From the human T2T-CHM13v2.0 reference genome, Homo sapiens: 64,000 bases of DNA. The position numbers and the translations under genes were made by a program. How positions within the stretch are numbered: position 1 is the stretch's first letter; each line of letters opens with the position of its first letter. This document shows, one piece after another, positions 1 through 13,461 of the stretch. Location of the stretch: NCBI RefSeq assembly GCF_009914755.1, contig NC_060931.1; one strand, 5' to 3'. The notes beneath the pieces were generated by a model, which did no database searches, was not told the origin of the DNA, and worked only from the letters and a program-made list of their open reading frames with translations.

Positions 1-869
1 CAAACTTAAAACAATATATTTTTAAAAAATAAAAAGGAATGTGCTGTTCTTGAGGTATTGTTTATTTTCCTTCCAGGAAACTGGTATCCTTGGCAATGTT
101 ATGGTCTATTCCTGTTCTTTTACAAGACTAAAACAGGTTGGACCTAAAATGGTACTCTAAGTTGAATGAAAAGCAGTCTGATCTGAAGTCACTTTCACTG
201 AACACCATGGCATATATAACTCTTGATGGCTCTGTTTCTGTTTCTCATGGCATTTAGCAGCGCTCTCATGTCTCAGCTATTTCAGGGATAGGGGAAATTA
301 TTTATTTTATTTTATCACTTAAATATCTCATTTGTATGTAAGAAATCTGAAGCAGCTGAGATAAACCAATTGATGAAGACAGCATCTCACTGAATATTCC
401 TTTAGCTGGAATGAACTTGATAATTGAATGTTTATTAGAGGTTAAGGGAAAAATCCTTTAGATTAACAGTCCCTACCTTTTAAAAATGTCATATGCTTTC
501 TAATGTGTATCAGGATAAAAGTAGTTCATTGCCTTATTCCTCACATAATGTGTGCCTAGCATAGGGCCTGGTACATAGTAGCATAAAGGTATAGTGTTAT
601 GTGCAGATACCATTCTGCATATTGTACATGTATCTCCCTCAGTCGTCTCTGTTACCACTCAGTTCCCTGAGACTACTTCCAGCTGTCTCAGAGACATTAA
701 TGATTTTAGACTAATTTCTAAAGACCTCTTTCATTTTGATTTTATTATATTTTTGTTACTAAAAAACTTTTTTAGTGGTTCAGAAGCATTAACAAGTCAG
801 AAAAGACAAGTGGAATTTCCTCAGTGGACCAGCAGAGAAAAGACCTAATAAGGAAAAAAAGAGAGATCA

Positions 870-1110
870 GTATTATTTGTAACTAAAGTGCCAGTCCTTC
901 TGCTAGACGCTTTTCATGTAACTACATTTAATCTGCACAATAACTGTATGAAGTAAACAGGATTATCACATACTTACAGCTGAGGAAGCAAAGTCTGAAA
1001 GCCAGAAAGTCTGACTAATTTATCTAAGATCACACCACAGCCAGGTAGTAGAACTGGGGTCAGATCAGTAGTGTCTGCCTGGTTTTGAAGCCTGATTTGA
1101 TTTCTCCATT
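870..1110. mobile_element. MIR fragment in the last MKLN1 intron
   Basis: MIR-like core (tacagctgaggaagca, aagatcacac, gtagtagaactggg). Confidence 0.55.
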
Positions 1111-1114
1111 ATAA

Positions 1115-1318
<204 letters not shown>

Positions 1319-1522
1319 CTGAAGAGTCACTGGACACAGAAATGGAAAACAGGAGTCGATTTTCCGTCTTTTGGATTGCAGCTCCACTGACTGACAGTAA
1401 AGCTGCAGTGATTGAGGACTGCACCAGAGTTCTGAAGGGATCTTAACCATCACAAGTTTTTACCCTCTTCCTTCATGCCTGACCTCAACCCCGCTCTCCT
1501 CATCCTATTCCTAAATTAGGCT

Positions 1523-1528
1523 AATAAA
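1523..1528 (+). terminator. MKLN1: Candidate proximal poly(A) signal of MKLN1
   Basis: AATAAA ~205 nt after the stop, followed by (TA)n and a T-rich tract. Confidence 0.45.
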
Positions 1529-1554
1529 GTGAAATTGGTATACTTTCCAGTTAA

Positions 1555-1571
1555 ATATATATATATATATA
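1555..1571. repeat. (AT)n microsatellite in the MKLN1 3' UTR
   Basis: Directly visible. Confidence 0.9.
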
Positions 1572-4500
1572 TTTTTTCTTACTTTATCTTTTAAGAATTA
1601 ATGAGTATAAAAGAAAAATTAGGCAGTTTACCCTTTTCAGATTTTTATTTCTTTTTTTTTTAATTGGGGGAAATAAGCACTATTAACAGATTCAGCACTA
1701 CAAGTATTTTGAATGTTGTTGCTGTTGGTCATTTGGCCTGCCTTTTCCCTTCCTATTTCACTTTGCCTCCCATCACACAACTGCGTGTAAATGGTGTCAC
1801 TTGTTCACCTCTTTACTTCATTCTTAACAAGTGTATAGTTCTCTAGGACAGTTGATGTATGTTAAGGTGATATCTGTGTCTGTATTGACTTGTCTTGTGT
1901 TACATTAAACAGTAGGCAGAACTGAGGTCTCAAGTTTGCACTCTTGGCCATAGAACTAAAAATGAAACCTGAGATTGACCCAAGCACCTATCTGAGATTG
2001 GTATATAATATTTCTATAATGATATATTTTATAGTAGATATTACAATAGCATCTGACTTTGAGTCACAGAAACCTTAAACTGAGGAGACAATAGTTCAGA
2101 ACCTTTTTAAGAGCCATTCTAAAAGTGACCAGCAGGAGGGATCTAGTAGTGAATAATATCTTAATAGCAATTTTAGGAGAAAATGACTCTTTCGTCCAGA
2201 AGAGCTCTGCAGAACCAGGGCTCCCGTTTATCTTGTGCTATCTCTGTAGTATTTTCATTTGAGAGAGGAGGCTGAGTTTCCAGAGCTTTGCTTTCATTTA
2301 TTTTTATACACATTGTCTCTCTATATCTGCTTGTGGATATTGTTATTTTGAAGAGAAATGGTTTGTGGTTGTCCAGTGGTATACAACTGACAGGCATTTC
2401 ATTAAGCACATAGACCAGACTTTGTGAATGGTTCAGATATTTTTTCATTAAAAAACAAGGTATGGCAGATGGACTTTTCCATGGGTCAAATTTTTTGTGT
2501 GAGAGATAGAGGTACATGTCTTCTGATGATGTGCTGTGGAATGCAATGTGGGAAACCTACATCTGGCTAGTGCTTACATTTGCTCAAAAAGCATGTTGTA
2601 TGAAGCTGACTGCCACCATGCTAAAGCAGATTCATATTAAGAAGTGTCGGTCGATCCAGTGGCTCTTAAGAGTGAATAGCTTTATGGAATCAAGTATGTC
2701 CCTGAGTAGCAAGATTAGGCCTCACCAAAGAAGAAATTAACCTGCACTTTCAAAAAGTACCATGTATAGGAATGAAACATTGAGGTCCCACTTTATTCTG
2801 TCTTTAGTACATGGTTTTACTTATTTTGGGGATGGATAGAAATATATTTTTGCTAGTTCTAGGCTTGAATCATGGGCTCCTTGGCTTTCCTAGCATCCCA
2901 AAGCAGTCAACAGTGATTTCTTAAGCAATTTGATCTGTACCTTTACTTGTGAAAGGTATGCTATATAATTCAGCAAGTACCAACTTGTGTAGCTGCAGAA
3001 TAACCAAGTGGCTATCCAGTCAAGTAAATACAGTTTGCTTACATACTTCAACAGTTTCATAAAACGATTCCCCTGAGTGACACAAGAACATAAAATGTTA
3101 ATATCACTAATATAGCCTGTTAAATCTTTTGTGGAGACAGGTGCAAATCAGAAGATTGACAAGGAAGAACTTGAGCTTGCTAAATAAGACTTCCTAAATT
3201 TAAAAGCTCTAGTTTTGCTTAGTGTGAATTCTGGCACTTTAAAAAGATTAAGCAAGTGAAATTCTGCTGCCCTCCACCATTTATTTTTACAGTGCTTTGT
3301 AATTTTTTTCATCAGTTCCTTAAATGTTATTTGGAGGAAACTAAGTTCTTGACCTCAGTAATTTTATTTTTGTTTTTCCCTAAATGTTTCCCTACTAGTC
3401 TTTTTGGAAAACATGTTTGTTTTAATTTCATCTTCCCTCACTTTATTTAGGTAGAATTTTTCCCCCTTCATTTCTGAAATTTTTTGCTCACCGCCATGTT
3501 TAAATGGGGTTGAATCATAGCGAGCCATTTGCTCTTGCCAAAGTGAGATAGATGTACTGAGGAGATAATTGAAAAGTCAGACTCTGTACTGTGGGGCTTT
3601 AATCGGAGCACTGCTGGAAATGATTGCAGAGAATGTAGTGCTTCATATATCCATGACCAAGATTGACATGTTGCTCACAACATGTCACAATTTAGTGAGG
3701 AGCTACATGTATTTCCAAGAATTCCAGCATAGATTATAATTTAAATAATCGAATTTGGTATTTAGGTACATTGTTTATATAGCCAAGTGTATATGCTTTA
3801 CTACCTAACAATTATTCTAGCCTAGGTGAATCCCTAATTGAAACACCTGGCTAACACTTTAGACACATAAATTAAGTGGGATACAGTTTTCTCATTTGTA
3901 TTATCTCCAGCTTCAACCTCATTTATCCTTTTTCCTAGTATAATACATTGTTTTCAACCAGAAATTAAAGTAGATATCCAACATTATTTTCAGTGCTTGT
4001 ACTTCATGAGAAATAATCTGATTTTCAAGACACCTCTTAAGTGCATTTGCATTTTATTTTGGTAATGGCAGAGACCTCATGTGGCCAGTTTGATTGATTG
4101 AAGAATGTATCACTCTTATTCAAGCAAAGGAATTCAGACTTAAATGCCTACCTCTGTGCTGAAGCTGACAGACAGTATTAACTCTTATCAAGGCCATCTT
4201 TTAGACCTGATTTTCATTTATATGAAAACAGACCTGTCCATGTCTAATAAGTAAAAACTGATAGAATACATTAAAAAGTCACTGGTTTATCATAGAAAAG
4301 TTTGATGGGTTTAGAGCTCAGTGACTTAAGCTTGTAAAACTGCATTCTTGGGCAAAATATTTATATTGTATATAAATGGTTGGCAGCTTATTCCAGTTGA
4401 TCTCTTCACATCTGCCTTAAAAGTGCTATGTAGAGATACATTAACAGAGTTATAATAAAACAGTGTTTTAAAATCTAGCCTATAAACAAAAACTAGTTTG

Positions 4501-4791
4501 AGGCACCCAAGCATTTAGTGAGAGATTGAGAATGATGCTTAATGGATCAAAAAAGCAATTAGGAGTATGTTCCTGATTTTATTCTCTAAATTATACTCAA
4601 TTTCATGGTAATTACATGAAGAAGTTACCTGCAATTATTCTTAACACTACATGGAATTCACTGGGTAATTGTGGGTCATTTATTTCCTGAAAGTCACGTG
4701 AAATCCTTAGCTGGTTGAATGTTGCACAGTATTTGAGAATTACGGTTTGAAGTGATTTCTGTGGGAGGGAATCATTGCAATGTATATTCTA

Positions 4792-4797
4792 AATAAA
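4792..4797 (+). terminator. MKLN1: Candidate intermediate poly(A) signal of MKLN1
   Basis: AATAAA 14 nt before a genomic A10 run (4812-4821); true use versus internal priming is ambiguous. Confidence 0.4.
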
Positions 4798-6039
4798 GTC
4801 ATCTAACTATTAAAAAAAAAACACCCTTCCTAACCCTTCTTTTCTTAAAATTCCACATTCATCCACAATCTCATCCCTTTGTAGAAATTCTTGCCTGAAT
4901 TCTCACCAAGTTTTGAATTCCTAAGGTAGCCCCGATCTAGGATGTGAAGGCTGCCCAGAAAAAGTTTATGGCTGGAGGAGTATCATACAGTGTCTACATA
5001 TGATAGTACTTACAGATTAGGTCTTTGGATGCTTTAACACAAAAGATTTTTGTTATCCTTATTAGTCAAATAACGCTATTCTTTTGTGGTTCTAGACCCT
5101 GGCTTCTATCTCCCTGTGATTTGTTTTAATGCTGAAATGACTTGGCTATCCAAAGCTTCTAGTCTAGAGGTCTGTTGGTTGAAGGCAGACATTTCCAAGT
5201 TTGTTGAAATAATACGAAGCTGACTAGCTTACGTGAATGATGTTGCCCTCATTTGTTTTGGGTGAGGACTCATTACTGCAGTATATTGATCTCTTCACCA
5301 AATGCTTTTTCTTTTTCTGAATAAATGCTGTATTAGAGGTTCTATTTATATATGATTTTTAAAACTTTGGTTTCCTTCTATCCACCAAATACTGTGAATT
5401 GTTTTTCCATTTATTTTTCTTAGCTAATGTAACTTTATTCTTCACTTTTTTTTAGCCCTAGACTTCCTAGATTTTCTGTGGCATTCTGTAGGACATTGTA
5501 TTGCTTGGAAAAAAAAAGATCAAAATCATTCTGGGGCAAATGCTCTATTATCCTTATTTATGACAAGAGAATAATGAAATTCATAAGAAATTAATAACAT
5601 TCAGATATTGCTATAAATGTACTTGAGTCATTTTCATTTGGGGATAGTAATAATGGCTGTGGCAGCTTTAATGGAGAAACCTGTGTTGGCCTCTTTTTCT
5701 GGCATTAGGATCTCTTGTCATAGAACTATTGGTAAAGTACAGGTTTGATAGCAGAGTTCCTGAATTCAGCATATCATCAGAATTTCCATTTACCTTTTGT
5801 CTTTTCTTTTTATTGTATTTTTTAACCTTTTTGTTTCTATTCCTACCTCCCATGAGTAACATTGATTTCTGCTGAAGTTAGAATTTGTGTTAAGAATTGA
5901 CTTTAAATTTCTGAAATAGTTGAATATTAGAAGTGGCTTCAGTTGCCATGAAATGATTGCTTTTCTTTTTCTTTTTTTTTCCTTAAATAAAAATAATGCA
6001 GCCTTATATATGTCTCTTCCCCTCAAGAATGTGAATTTA

Positions 6040-6345
6040 GGCTGGGCATAGTGACTCACGCCTGTAATCCCAGACCTTTGGGAGGCTGACACGGGAAGAT
6101 TGCTTGAGCCCAGGAATTTCAGACCAGCCTGGGCAACACAGGAAGACTCCATCTCTACTTAAAATATTTTTGTTTTTTAGCCAGGTGTGGTGGTATGTGC
6201 CTGTAGTCCCAGCTACTTGGGAGGCTGAGGTGGGAGGATCACTTGAACCCAGGAGTTTGGGGTGCAGTGAGCTATGATTGCGACACTGCACTCCAGCCTG
6301 GGCAACAGAGCAAGACCCTGTCTCAAAAAAAAAAAAAAAAAAAAA
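6040..6345 (+). mobile_element. AluJ in the MKLN1 3' UTR, sense orientation
   Basis: Full dimer with A21 tail; perfect 16-bp TSD aagaatgtgaatttag (6025-6040, 6344-6359). Confidence 0.95.
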
Positions 6346-9300
6346 GAATGTGAATTTAGCTCCAATTCCAAATGACTAACTCTTAGGCCAGTCATAGCCA
6401 ATGAAATCATCTGACGGTAGCTTCTGTAGCCCTTAACCTAAGGAGTCATTAGAGGTTATAGTAAATTAGTTTCTCTAGTGGTGCAGAGAGAAATGCCATC
6501 GGGGAAATTATCACTGTCTTTTTGGCTAAAGTTTTATATTGTGAACTGGATCCCACTTAACAGCTTAAAAACACAAAAATGAAAGGGTAGTCCTAGTTTA
6601 TCTTCTTAATTAGAATCATTATTTGGAAATAAGATTTGCAATGTGCTGTCTATCCCCAAACACTGCTGAGCTTGCTGGAAAACAGAATTTAACATGAATG
6701 TTGTCTGAAAGCTGTAGGATCAATGGCAAAAAAGGGGAAATGTTTGGTAGGGAATTGGACCAGTTCTAAGGTATCACTTTTAATTATAAAATAATGTCTT
6801 CCTTTTTATCTGCTTTTCAGACAGCCTCAGTGAACTATTAAACATTTGTGTGCAAAGTCCTATTTTGCTTATCTAAGGCATTTTGACTTGGAAGTATTAA
6901 ACTTCAGGAACGAGCTAGAGAAGACAATGAGGGTATGTTAGAGAAGGAAAAATAGGAGCTTTTTGCTTATGGATTTTAGAGGTCCACAAATCGAAAGGAA
7001 AAATAAATTTCTTCATTTCTAACCCTAAAATAATTTTGTTAATGAGATGCTGGGAAGAAGACTACCAAAAGGCCTCAAAGCTCATGCTTCTAGAATATTC
7101 AGTAATTCTGAATAGTCTTTGGGAAGTAGCATTTCTTGGGAAGTAGCATTTCCCTTCTCCCAAATAACTGTTTGAGATCTTAAAACAGAAAATCCAGTGT
7201 TAATGGGCTCTAGATCTTAAACTAGGTGAGCAGCTTCTTACATACAACCAGTTCCTTGTTAAGGATCCAGCAGGAAAACCAGCCATAAAACATTTCAACA
7301 TGCAGTTTGGGGGCTCCCTTGCTTATTCACTGAGTTTAAGCTCTTGCTGCAACATAGCTCTGTACCATCTGGGATGCTAGCAGTCACAGCAGTTAGCTCA
7401 GATATCTGAGCTGTCTGCCACACAAAGCCTGAGGAGATCATCATTCTTCAGTTTCATTCATTACTTAATGAATGCCAAATTAATTGGCAGGAAGAAGAAA
7501 CACTGTGTGATATACTGAACAAGCCTGTGTGCATGAATAAGGAGCCACTCAAAAAGCCAATTTTGAGCTTTATTTCTCCGTTGTTAACAAATCTCAAGAA
7601 AGCCTTTGTTACAGTTTAGCTCATGTCATTTGGTTGGTTTTATTTTCTAGCCCTTTAACATAGGAGGAAAATTGTCATTTCATGTATAACTTGTAACACA
7701 GAATTGAACTGATACTAGTTTCCTTGCCTTAAATTAATTATATGTCATCCCAAGGGTCTCTGTTAATTCTGCTTTGCCAAGCAATAATGAGATCTGGGTT
7801 TGGCATTAGAAGTATTTCATAATTTTGGTTTTTTATTTAGGTTTCCTCCACATCTGTAAAGTGATTGATTAAATTAGAGGAGGCGTGTAGAATAAATCCC
7901 AATCCCATTGCAACTGGCAGAGCTTTATAAATCTTTATAAATTCAGTTACAACAAAGGAGAGGATCCTACACCATTAGAGCCATGCCATCAGGTGTTTGC
8001 AAGTGACAGCTGTAGTGTGTTGCCTCAAATAATACCAAGTTATAAATAATACCAAGTAATTATCAACTCACTCCCAAATTTAATAAGATATCAAAGTCCA
8101 AAAGGTTACTTAGGAGTAGTCTTCCGTGGGGGAAGATAAATTTATTAAAGAGTCATGTACTGATCTTTTTCTTGGGATTTTTTTTCCTTTCCCAGAAAAA
8201 AAAATTATTTTGGTGACTGATCAATTGTAAACAATTTTCTTCCTTACTTACAAATCATCCGTTCAGAAAAATAAAAGTGGACTTCCTTTCCTAAGCATTA
8301 CAATTAGCCTGGGCAAGAGGTGTTATGATTGTCTTATTCTTTAAGCCGGCTTACTTTTTGGATTTGTGTGAAATGTCTTTTGAAAAGAAAGTAGATAGTA
8401 TAGTATTAATTAACTACTTTGTATAGTCTTCTGCATAATTTAGAGTTGAAAATAATGTAACATTTTCCTGTGAACAGATTCCTTTATGCGTACATACTTT
8501 ATAAATATACATACATACACATACACATACATTTTTAAAATGCTCTTTTTAAAGAGATTCTTATCTTGCTCCCACTCCAAAAGCTATGTACAGTTGAGTT
8601 ATTAGCCTCAGAGGAAGAGTACAGGAAAGCGAAGATGAGGACCTCCTTTTCTTGTGTTGGTCTTGGGAACAAACAGTATTCCGTCTTTCAAATATGGCAT
8701 ATTTCTAAACAGTTTGGGAAAGATGTTAGAATTTTTTAAAAGTCAGCTCTTTTATAAATTGGAAGTACTCAGTAGTCAGAAATTAAGATCCCCTCTGATA
8801 GAGATAGATTCTCAAAACCAAAATTGGACTGAAAATTAGATTGAGAAGAAAGATACAACTTCCTCCATAGCCAATAAAATCTGTCTTTCCAAGTCTGCTT
8901 ATTAATGCTGTGAATCGCTCCTTCTGTTTGTGAAAACATCTCCTGGACTGGAAATGTGGTGCTGTAACCAGCTGAGCCGAAAGTTGGAGAATGTTAAATA
9001 TCTTATATGGGACTTACGATAAAATGTATTGATGTTAGTGATTGTCAAAATAGGTTTATCATTTAAAAAACTAGGAAATTACTAAGTATAAAGAAGAAAA
9101 ACCAGTATTAATTAAGTGATGAGACCTGTTCATTTTGTTTTCCCTGACTTATTTCCATTACCAAACATAGTAAAGGCCAGAAAAGATTAAAAAAAAAATT
9201 AACACAGCCATTCCATTGTTTTTTACCACATGGAGAAAGGACCAGGCTGGAAGCATATGTCCCCCCACCCTTATTTATATTCCTTTGAGCATTGCCGTTT

Positions 9301-10199
9301 TCTAGACAGACAATCCGAAAATAATTGTGTTGATAGGTCTGTTTAAGCCTGAACTCTGGGTGTAAAATGTTATCCAGAAGCTATAGGGAGCTGCCTTGCT
9401 CAGGTCATTGGAAATTTCAACCCTAAGACTCATTGGAATTTCTAAGTCCGTTATGCACCATTATGGGCATATGGAGCATATTCATACCATGAGGAGGAGT
9501 CTTTGTTTATGATGGACTTTTTAATATGGCCATAATTAAACTCACACTCAAAAAGGATGAGCTATTGTCAAAAGCCAAAAGAAAAACAGACAAAATGAAC
9601 ATGAAGCAAGGAGTCCATAAAACAAGAGTTCTTTACCACGTTTAAGCAAATGTCTCTCAAAAAAAATTGTATTTCTGTGCACATTAGCTGAGATTCACAC
9701 ATTTTGCACCTCAGTAGTATTTCAGATGAGACTCAATGTGTGGAGAAAACCGCTAACTTGTTTGGTTCTACTCTTACCCCCTCTTCTGTGGCAATGTGGG
9801 GTCAGGGCCGTATCCTAAAGTATCCACATGGTCTTAAATGGAAATCATGGGACTCTGGAAAGCTGGCATGAGCTGGTTGGAGCTTTTAAACAGAAGTGCT
9901 TTATGGGTATCAGATCTCTTCTGACATCAATTGTTTCAAATCATTGTTGGGCTCTGTCGTGTTCTGCAATCTTCCCCATTCCCCTCATGATCTCTGGCTT
10001 ATCTTTTATCCAATCTGTATGGACTTTTTAGGATTTTTTTTTTCTTATAGTACAAATAATTTTCAGATCCCAGCTTTGGTAAATGTGTTAATTCTACTTT
10101 GTGAATAAATAAATGAGTGATCTGCTAAAAATGGCAATTGTAGAATTATGTTGTATGTAATGTACATATGGAGAAAGAATGTATTTTGTTCATTTTCTT

Positions 10200-10205
10200 A
10201 ATAAA
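10200..10205 (+). terminator. MKLN1: Distal poly(A) signal of MKLN1
   Basis: AATAAA, five TGTA within ~65 nt upstream, GT-rich element at ~10277-10303. Confidence 0.75.
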
Positions 10206-12067
10206 ATGTTATATATGGATGCTACAAGATATCTCTTGTATTTGCTCAAACTACTTTTGAAGTGAACTTTTAAAATGTTTTTGTACTTTACAGTTGTGTT
10301 TTTTCCCCCAGAAAGGTGAGTTTTATTTAGGCTTCCAAAAGGAAAGTGATACGCTTTCGAAGGGCCTTTGGGTGTTTTCCTTTGAGACGGTGCTCAGATG
10401 AACAAGTACCGGCCATGCTCACAAAGTTTCTGCGGGGAGGCTTCCACTTATTTAAAGACCACTGGTAAATTATTTCATGAAATGTTCTTCTATCTACTGT
10501 TAATGACCACCCTTATTTTATTTGCTTTGTCCACTTGGACTTATGTTCCTCTTTAAAGGGGATATGCTTGTACAGGCTGGAACTAGAAGGAAAGACTGAA
10601 CTGAAATGGAAAATTCACTGTAGAAAAGATAGTAAAGGGAGAGAACCTAGAAGTGTTGCAGTTTGGGAAAATTCTGGATCCCTGTCCCCATTAAAGGGGA
10701 AAGACACTTTATGGGCCAAATCTTGAAAAAACTAAGCTGAGAAATATGCCAGATAAAAGTCCTGGGTCACTGGGGCCGAGTGGTGGGACTCTTAGTAATG
10801 AGATCCCCTCTCTGCCCTTTCCACCTCCTGGTCTGCTTTACATCGTGGCTTTGTGATCATGCATTCTGGAGTGAATTGTCAGCTGATTTTATTCCAAACA
10901 GGGATCATGCTTTCTCAGTTTACAAATTGAATAATCCAAACCTTACTGCAGAGCTTTCATTTCTAGGGTGTCCTTTGAGTGTGGCCCTTAAGTAACGTTT
11001 CTTTGTGTTCTCAAAACAGGAAAGCATGAGGTGCAGTGATAAGGTAAGGAATCGGCCTTTCCTTGGTCAGTCCTCCAGAGAATTAACTCAAAAGGATCAA
11101 AATGCAGGACACTACCCTTGATATATTTGTCACTACCTTCTGGTGGGAAGACAGCAGTAAGTAAAGAAGGCTTGGCCCTAAACACAGATGAGAGCCAGCT
11201 GCTCCCAGGTCAAGCACATGTGGAGACTGTACTACAGAGCTTGGAAGTTGCTGCGTTAGGAGCTTCTGCCGCCAAAGGAAGATGACCGAGCATCTAATAG
11301 GGAAATGGCTGTGTGCCCATGCTCCTGTAACTTCTCATATAAATGACGACTGCAGAGTCCCTAGAAACGGGGAGGGGGGGGGCGTGGGGGGGGTTATTTT
11401 CCCTGTAAATGAAGGCAACATTGGTTTATCACTAACTGTTCAGATTCTGAAGGTATTAATATGACTGGAAAGACCATCTGAGGCTTGTACAGTTCTGGCG
11501 TAAGTCAAAATCCTGGTTGATGACATTCCTTCTTTAGCACCACGTATGCTACATCTTCCTTTGCCTTTTACATTCTTAGAGAAAAGGAAGAGGGGACTGG
11601 AGACTTGGGCTTTCTGGGGCATAGGGCAGTTGGGGCAGCAGAGGATGATGCCACCATCCTTACTCTACAGCTTCACTATTGTCTTACGGGGACTTTTTTC
11701 CTGTGGGCTTTCACCCAGCAAAAGCAGCAGCCGTCAATCATATCCTTGCCAGAGAGATTCTTAATATAGGAGAAACTGTAATAAGGAGAAACTACGTAGA
11801 AGTAGCCTGCCTAGCACTACGTTCGTAAGTTTTAATGGTTGGCAAACCCCGAGAGGTGGTTAGGACCCTTGGCGATGTACATAGCAGCATTGTACAGCTG
11901 CCCTCTAAACTTGGGACATAGAATGGAGAGTCCAGGAGGAATTGGGAATCCTGGCTTTCATTTCCTGATGACCAATGACTTCTGCATAATATTGCACAAC
12001 TTCTCTGCCTCATTTCTTCTGTGAAGTAAATACTGGCAGCAGATCTTGTTGGCTAGGATCCTATTGA

Positions 12068-12358
12068 TTTTCTTTTTAGGACAGGGTCTCACTGTGTCAT
12101 GCAGGCTGGAGTGTAGTGGTGTGATCATAGCTTACTGCAGCCGCCAACTCCTGGGCTCAAGTGATCCTGCCTTAGCATCCTGAGTAGCTAGGACTACAGG
12201 CATGTGCCAGCAAAACTGGCTAATTAAAAAAAAAAAAATGTAAAGATGGGATCTGGCTGTGTTGCCCAGGCTGGCCTCGAATTCCTGAGCTCAAGCTATC
12301 CTCCCACTTTGACCTCCTAAAGTGCTGGGATTAAAGGCATAAGCCACCATTCCCCACC
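12068..12358 (-). mobile_element. AluJ, intergenic
   Basis: Reverse-complement Alu dimer. Confidence 0.9.
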
Positions 12359-13369
12359 AAGGTCTTTGAAAGCAATAGATATCTCAGTGTTTATCACTAG
12401 TGTTAATTATGTAGCCAGTTCTATTCTTTATTTACTTTTTTCCCTTGTGGTACAGAAGAAATCTGTGATTTGGGAGGGAGCTTATAGGGAAGGTTCTGAG
12501 TGACAAATGAGCATAACACATTTAAATTGACAACTGAGCGTGTGTCTTGGTTGGCAGGCAGGGATCAGGGTGAATGACCTACTCAGAAAGAGAATGGGAT
12601 CTTAGGTCTAACTTGTGGCCCACAATAAGCTGTGGGTCACTCTTAGAACAGTGCACCTCGACCATGGCCAGGGTCCTGTGTGAGTTCCTTGTACTTGGAC
12701 TCCTTTCTGTATCCTTGGCACCCTCTCGAAGCTAACCTCAAAATTACCCGGGCCCAACTCTAGACCTCTCTTCAGGGTTTAACTGCTTTTCACAACAACT
12801 TTCATGGAAGGAAAATCATGTTGTAACAGTAGTTGCATTCTAGAAATGTATTTTGCTGTTGTTGGAACTCTGGCATTAACGTGATACTGAGAAAAGAGTG
12901 TAGGACTAAAGAGCAAAAAGAGAATCAAGGCCCATGCTGCCATTTAAATGGTTGTGTGATCAATCTCAAAGAGAATACTTAACTCCTGCATCTAATTTCC
13001 CTAGTGGGGACAATTCCTATAAGATAGGTTTGTAAACCTATAGGTTTCCTATAAAATGGTTTGTAAATGGTAAGATGCTAGGCAAGTAGACAAGATTGTT
13101 GTCTAGCAACTAAGATTATGGACCAGTTCTACCTGACAGTTTCCCTTCTGCAAGTTTGGAATGATGAAGTTTACCCCTTCCGATGAAGAAGCATGCAGCT
13201 GTGGATAATACCACACTAGGAGATGAAGAAAGAATCATCTCCAGTGATTCCTTCCTTAAACCGCTATCTATCTTCACTGCAGACCTGGAGGAGGGATAGG
13301 CAGAAGCCTCTTGTGGCAGTAAACAGATCCTTTTATGGCAGAAACAGGGCCAGAACAGAGCTTTGTTTT

Positions 13370-13370
<1 letters not shown>

Positions 13371-13450
<80 letters not shown>

Positions 13451-13461
13451 GTATATATATA
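13371..13461. repeat. Compound (TA)n(CA)n(TA)n microsatellite between the convergent 3' ends
   Basis: Directly visible. Confidence 0.97.

Larger units (their letters stand above)
1319..10225 (+). other. MKLN1: MKLN1 long 3' UTR (about 9 kb)
   Basis: AT-rich, nearly repeat-free sequence after the stop; multiple AATAAA; distal AATAAA at 10200-10205 with upstream TGTA cluster and downstream GT/T-rich tract; 3' end approximate. Confidence 0.8.

Noticed and set aside
5790-6410. Alu-like ORFs here and dozens more across intron 1 (e.g. 38893-39378, 59826-60284)
   Set aside because: Standard Alu reading frames with no splice context; only 23830-23925 has exon support
11131-11147. CCACCAGAAGGTAG (minus strand), CTCF-like, between the two genes
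   Set aside because: Mismatches in the GGC core; too weak to support
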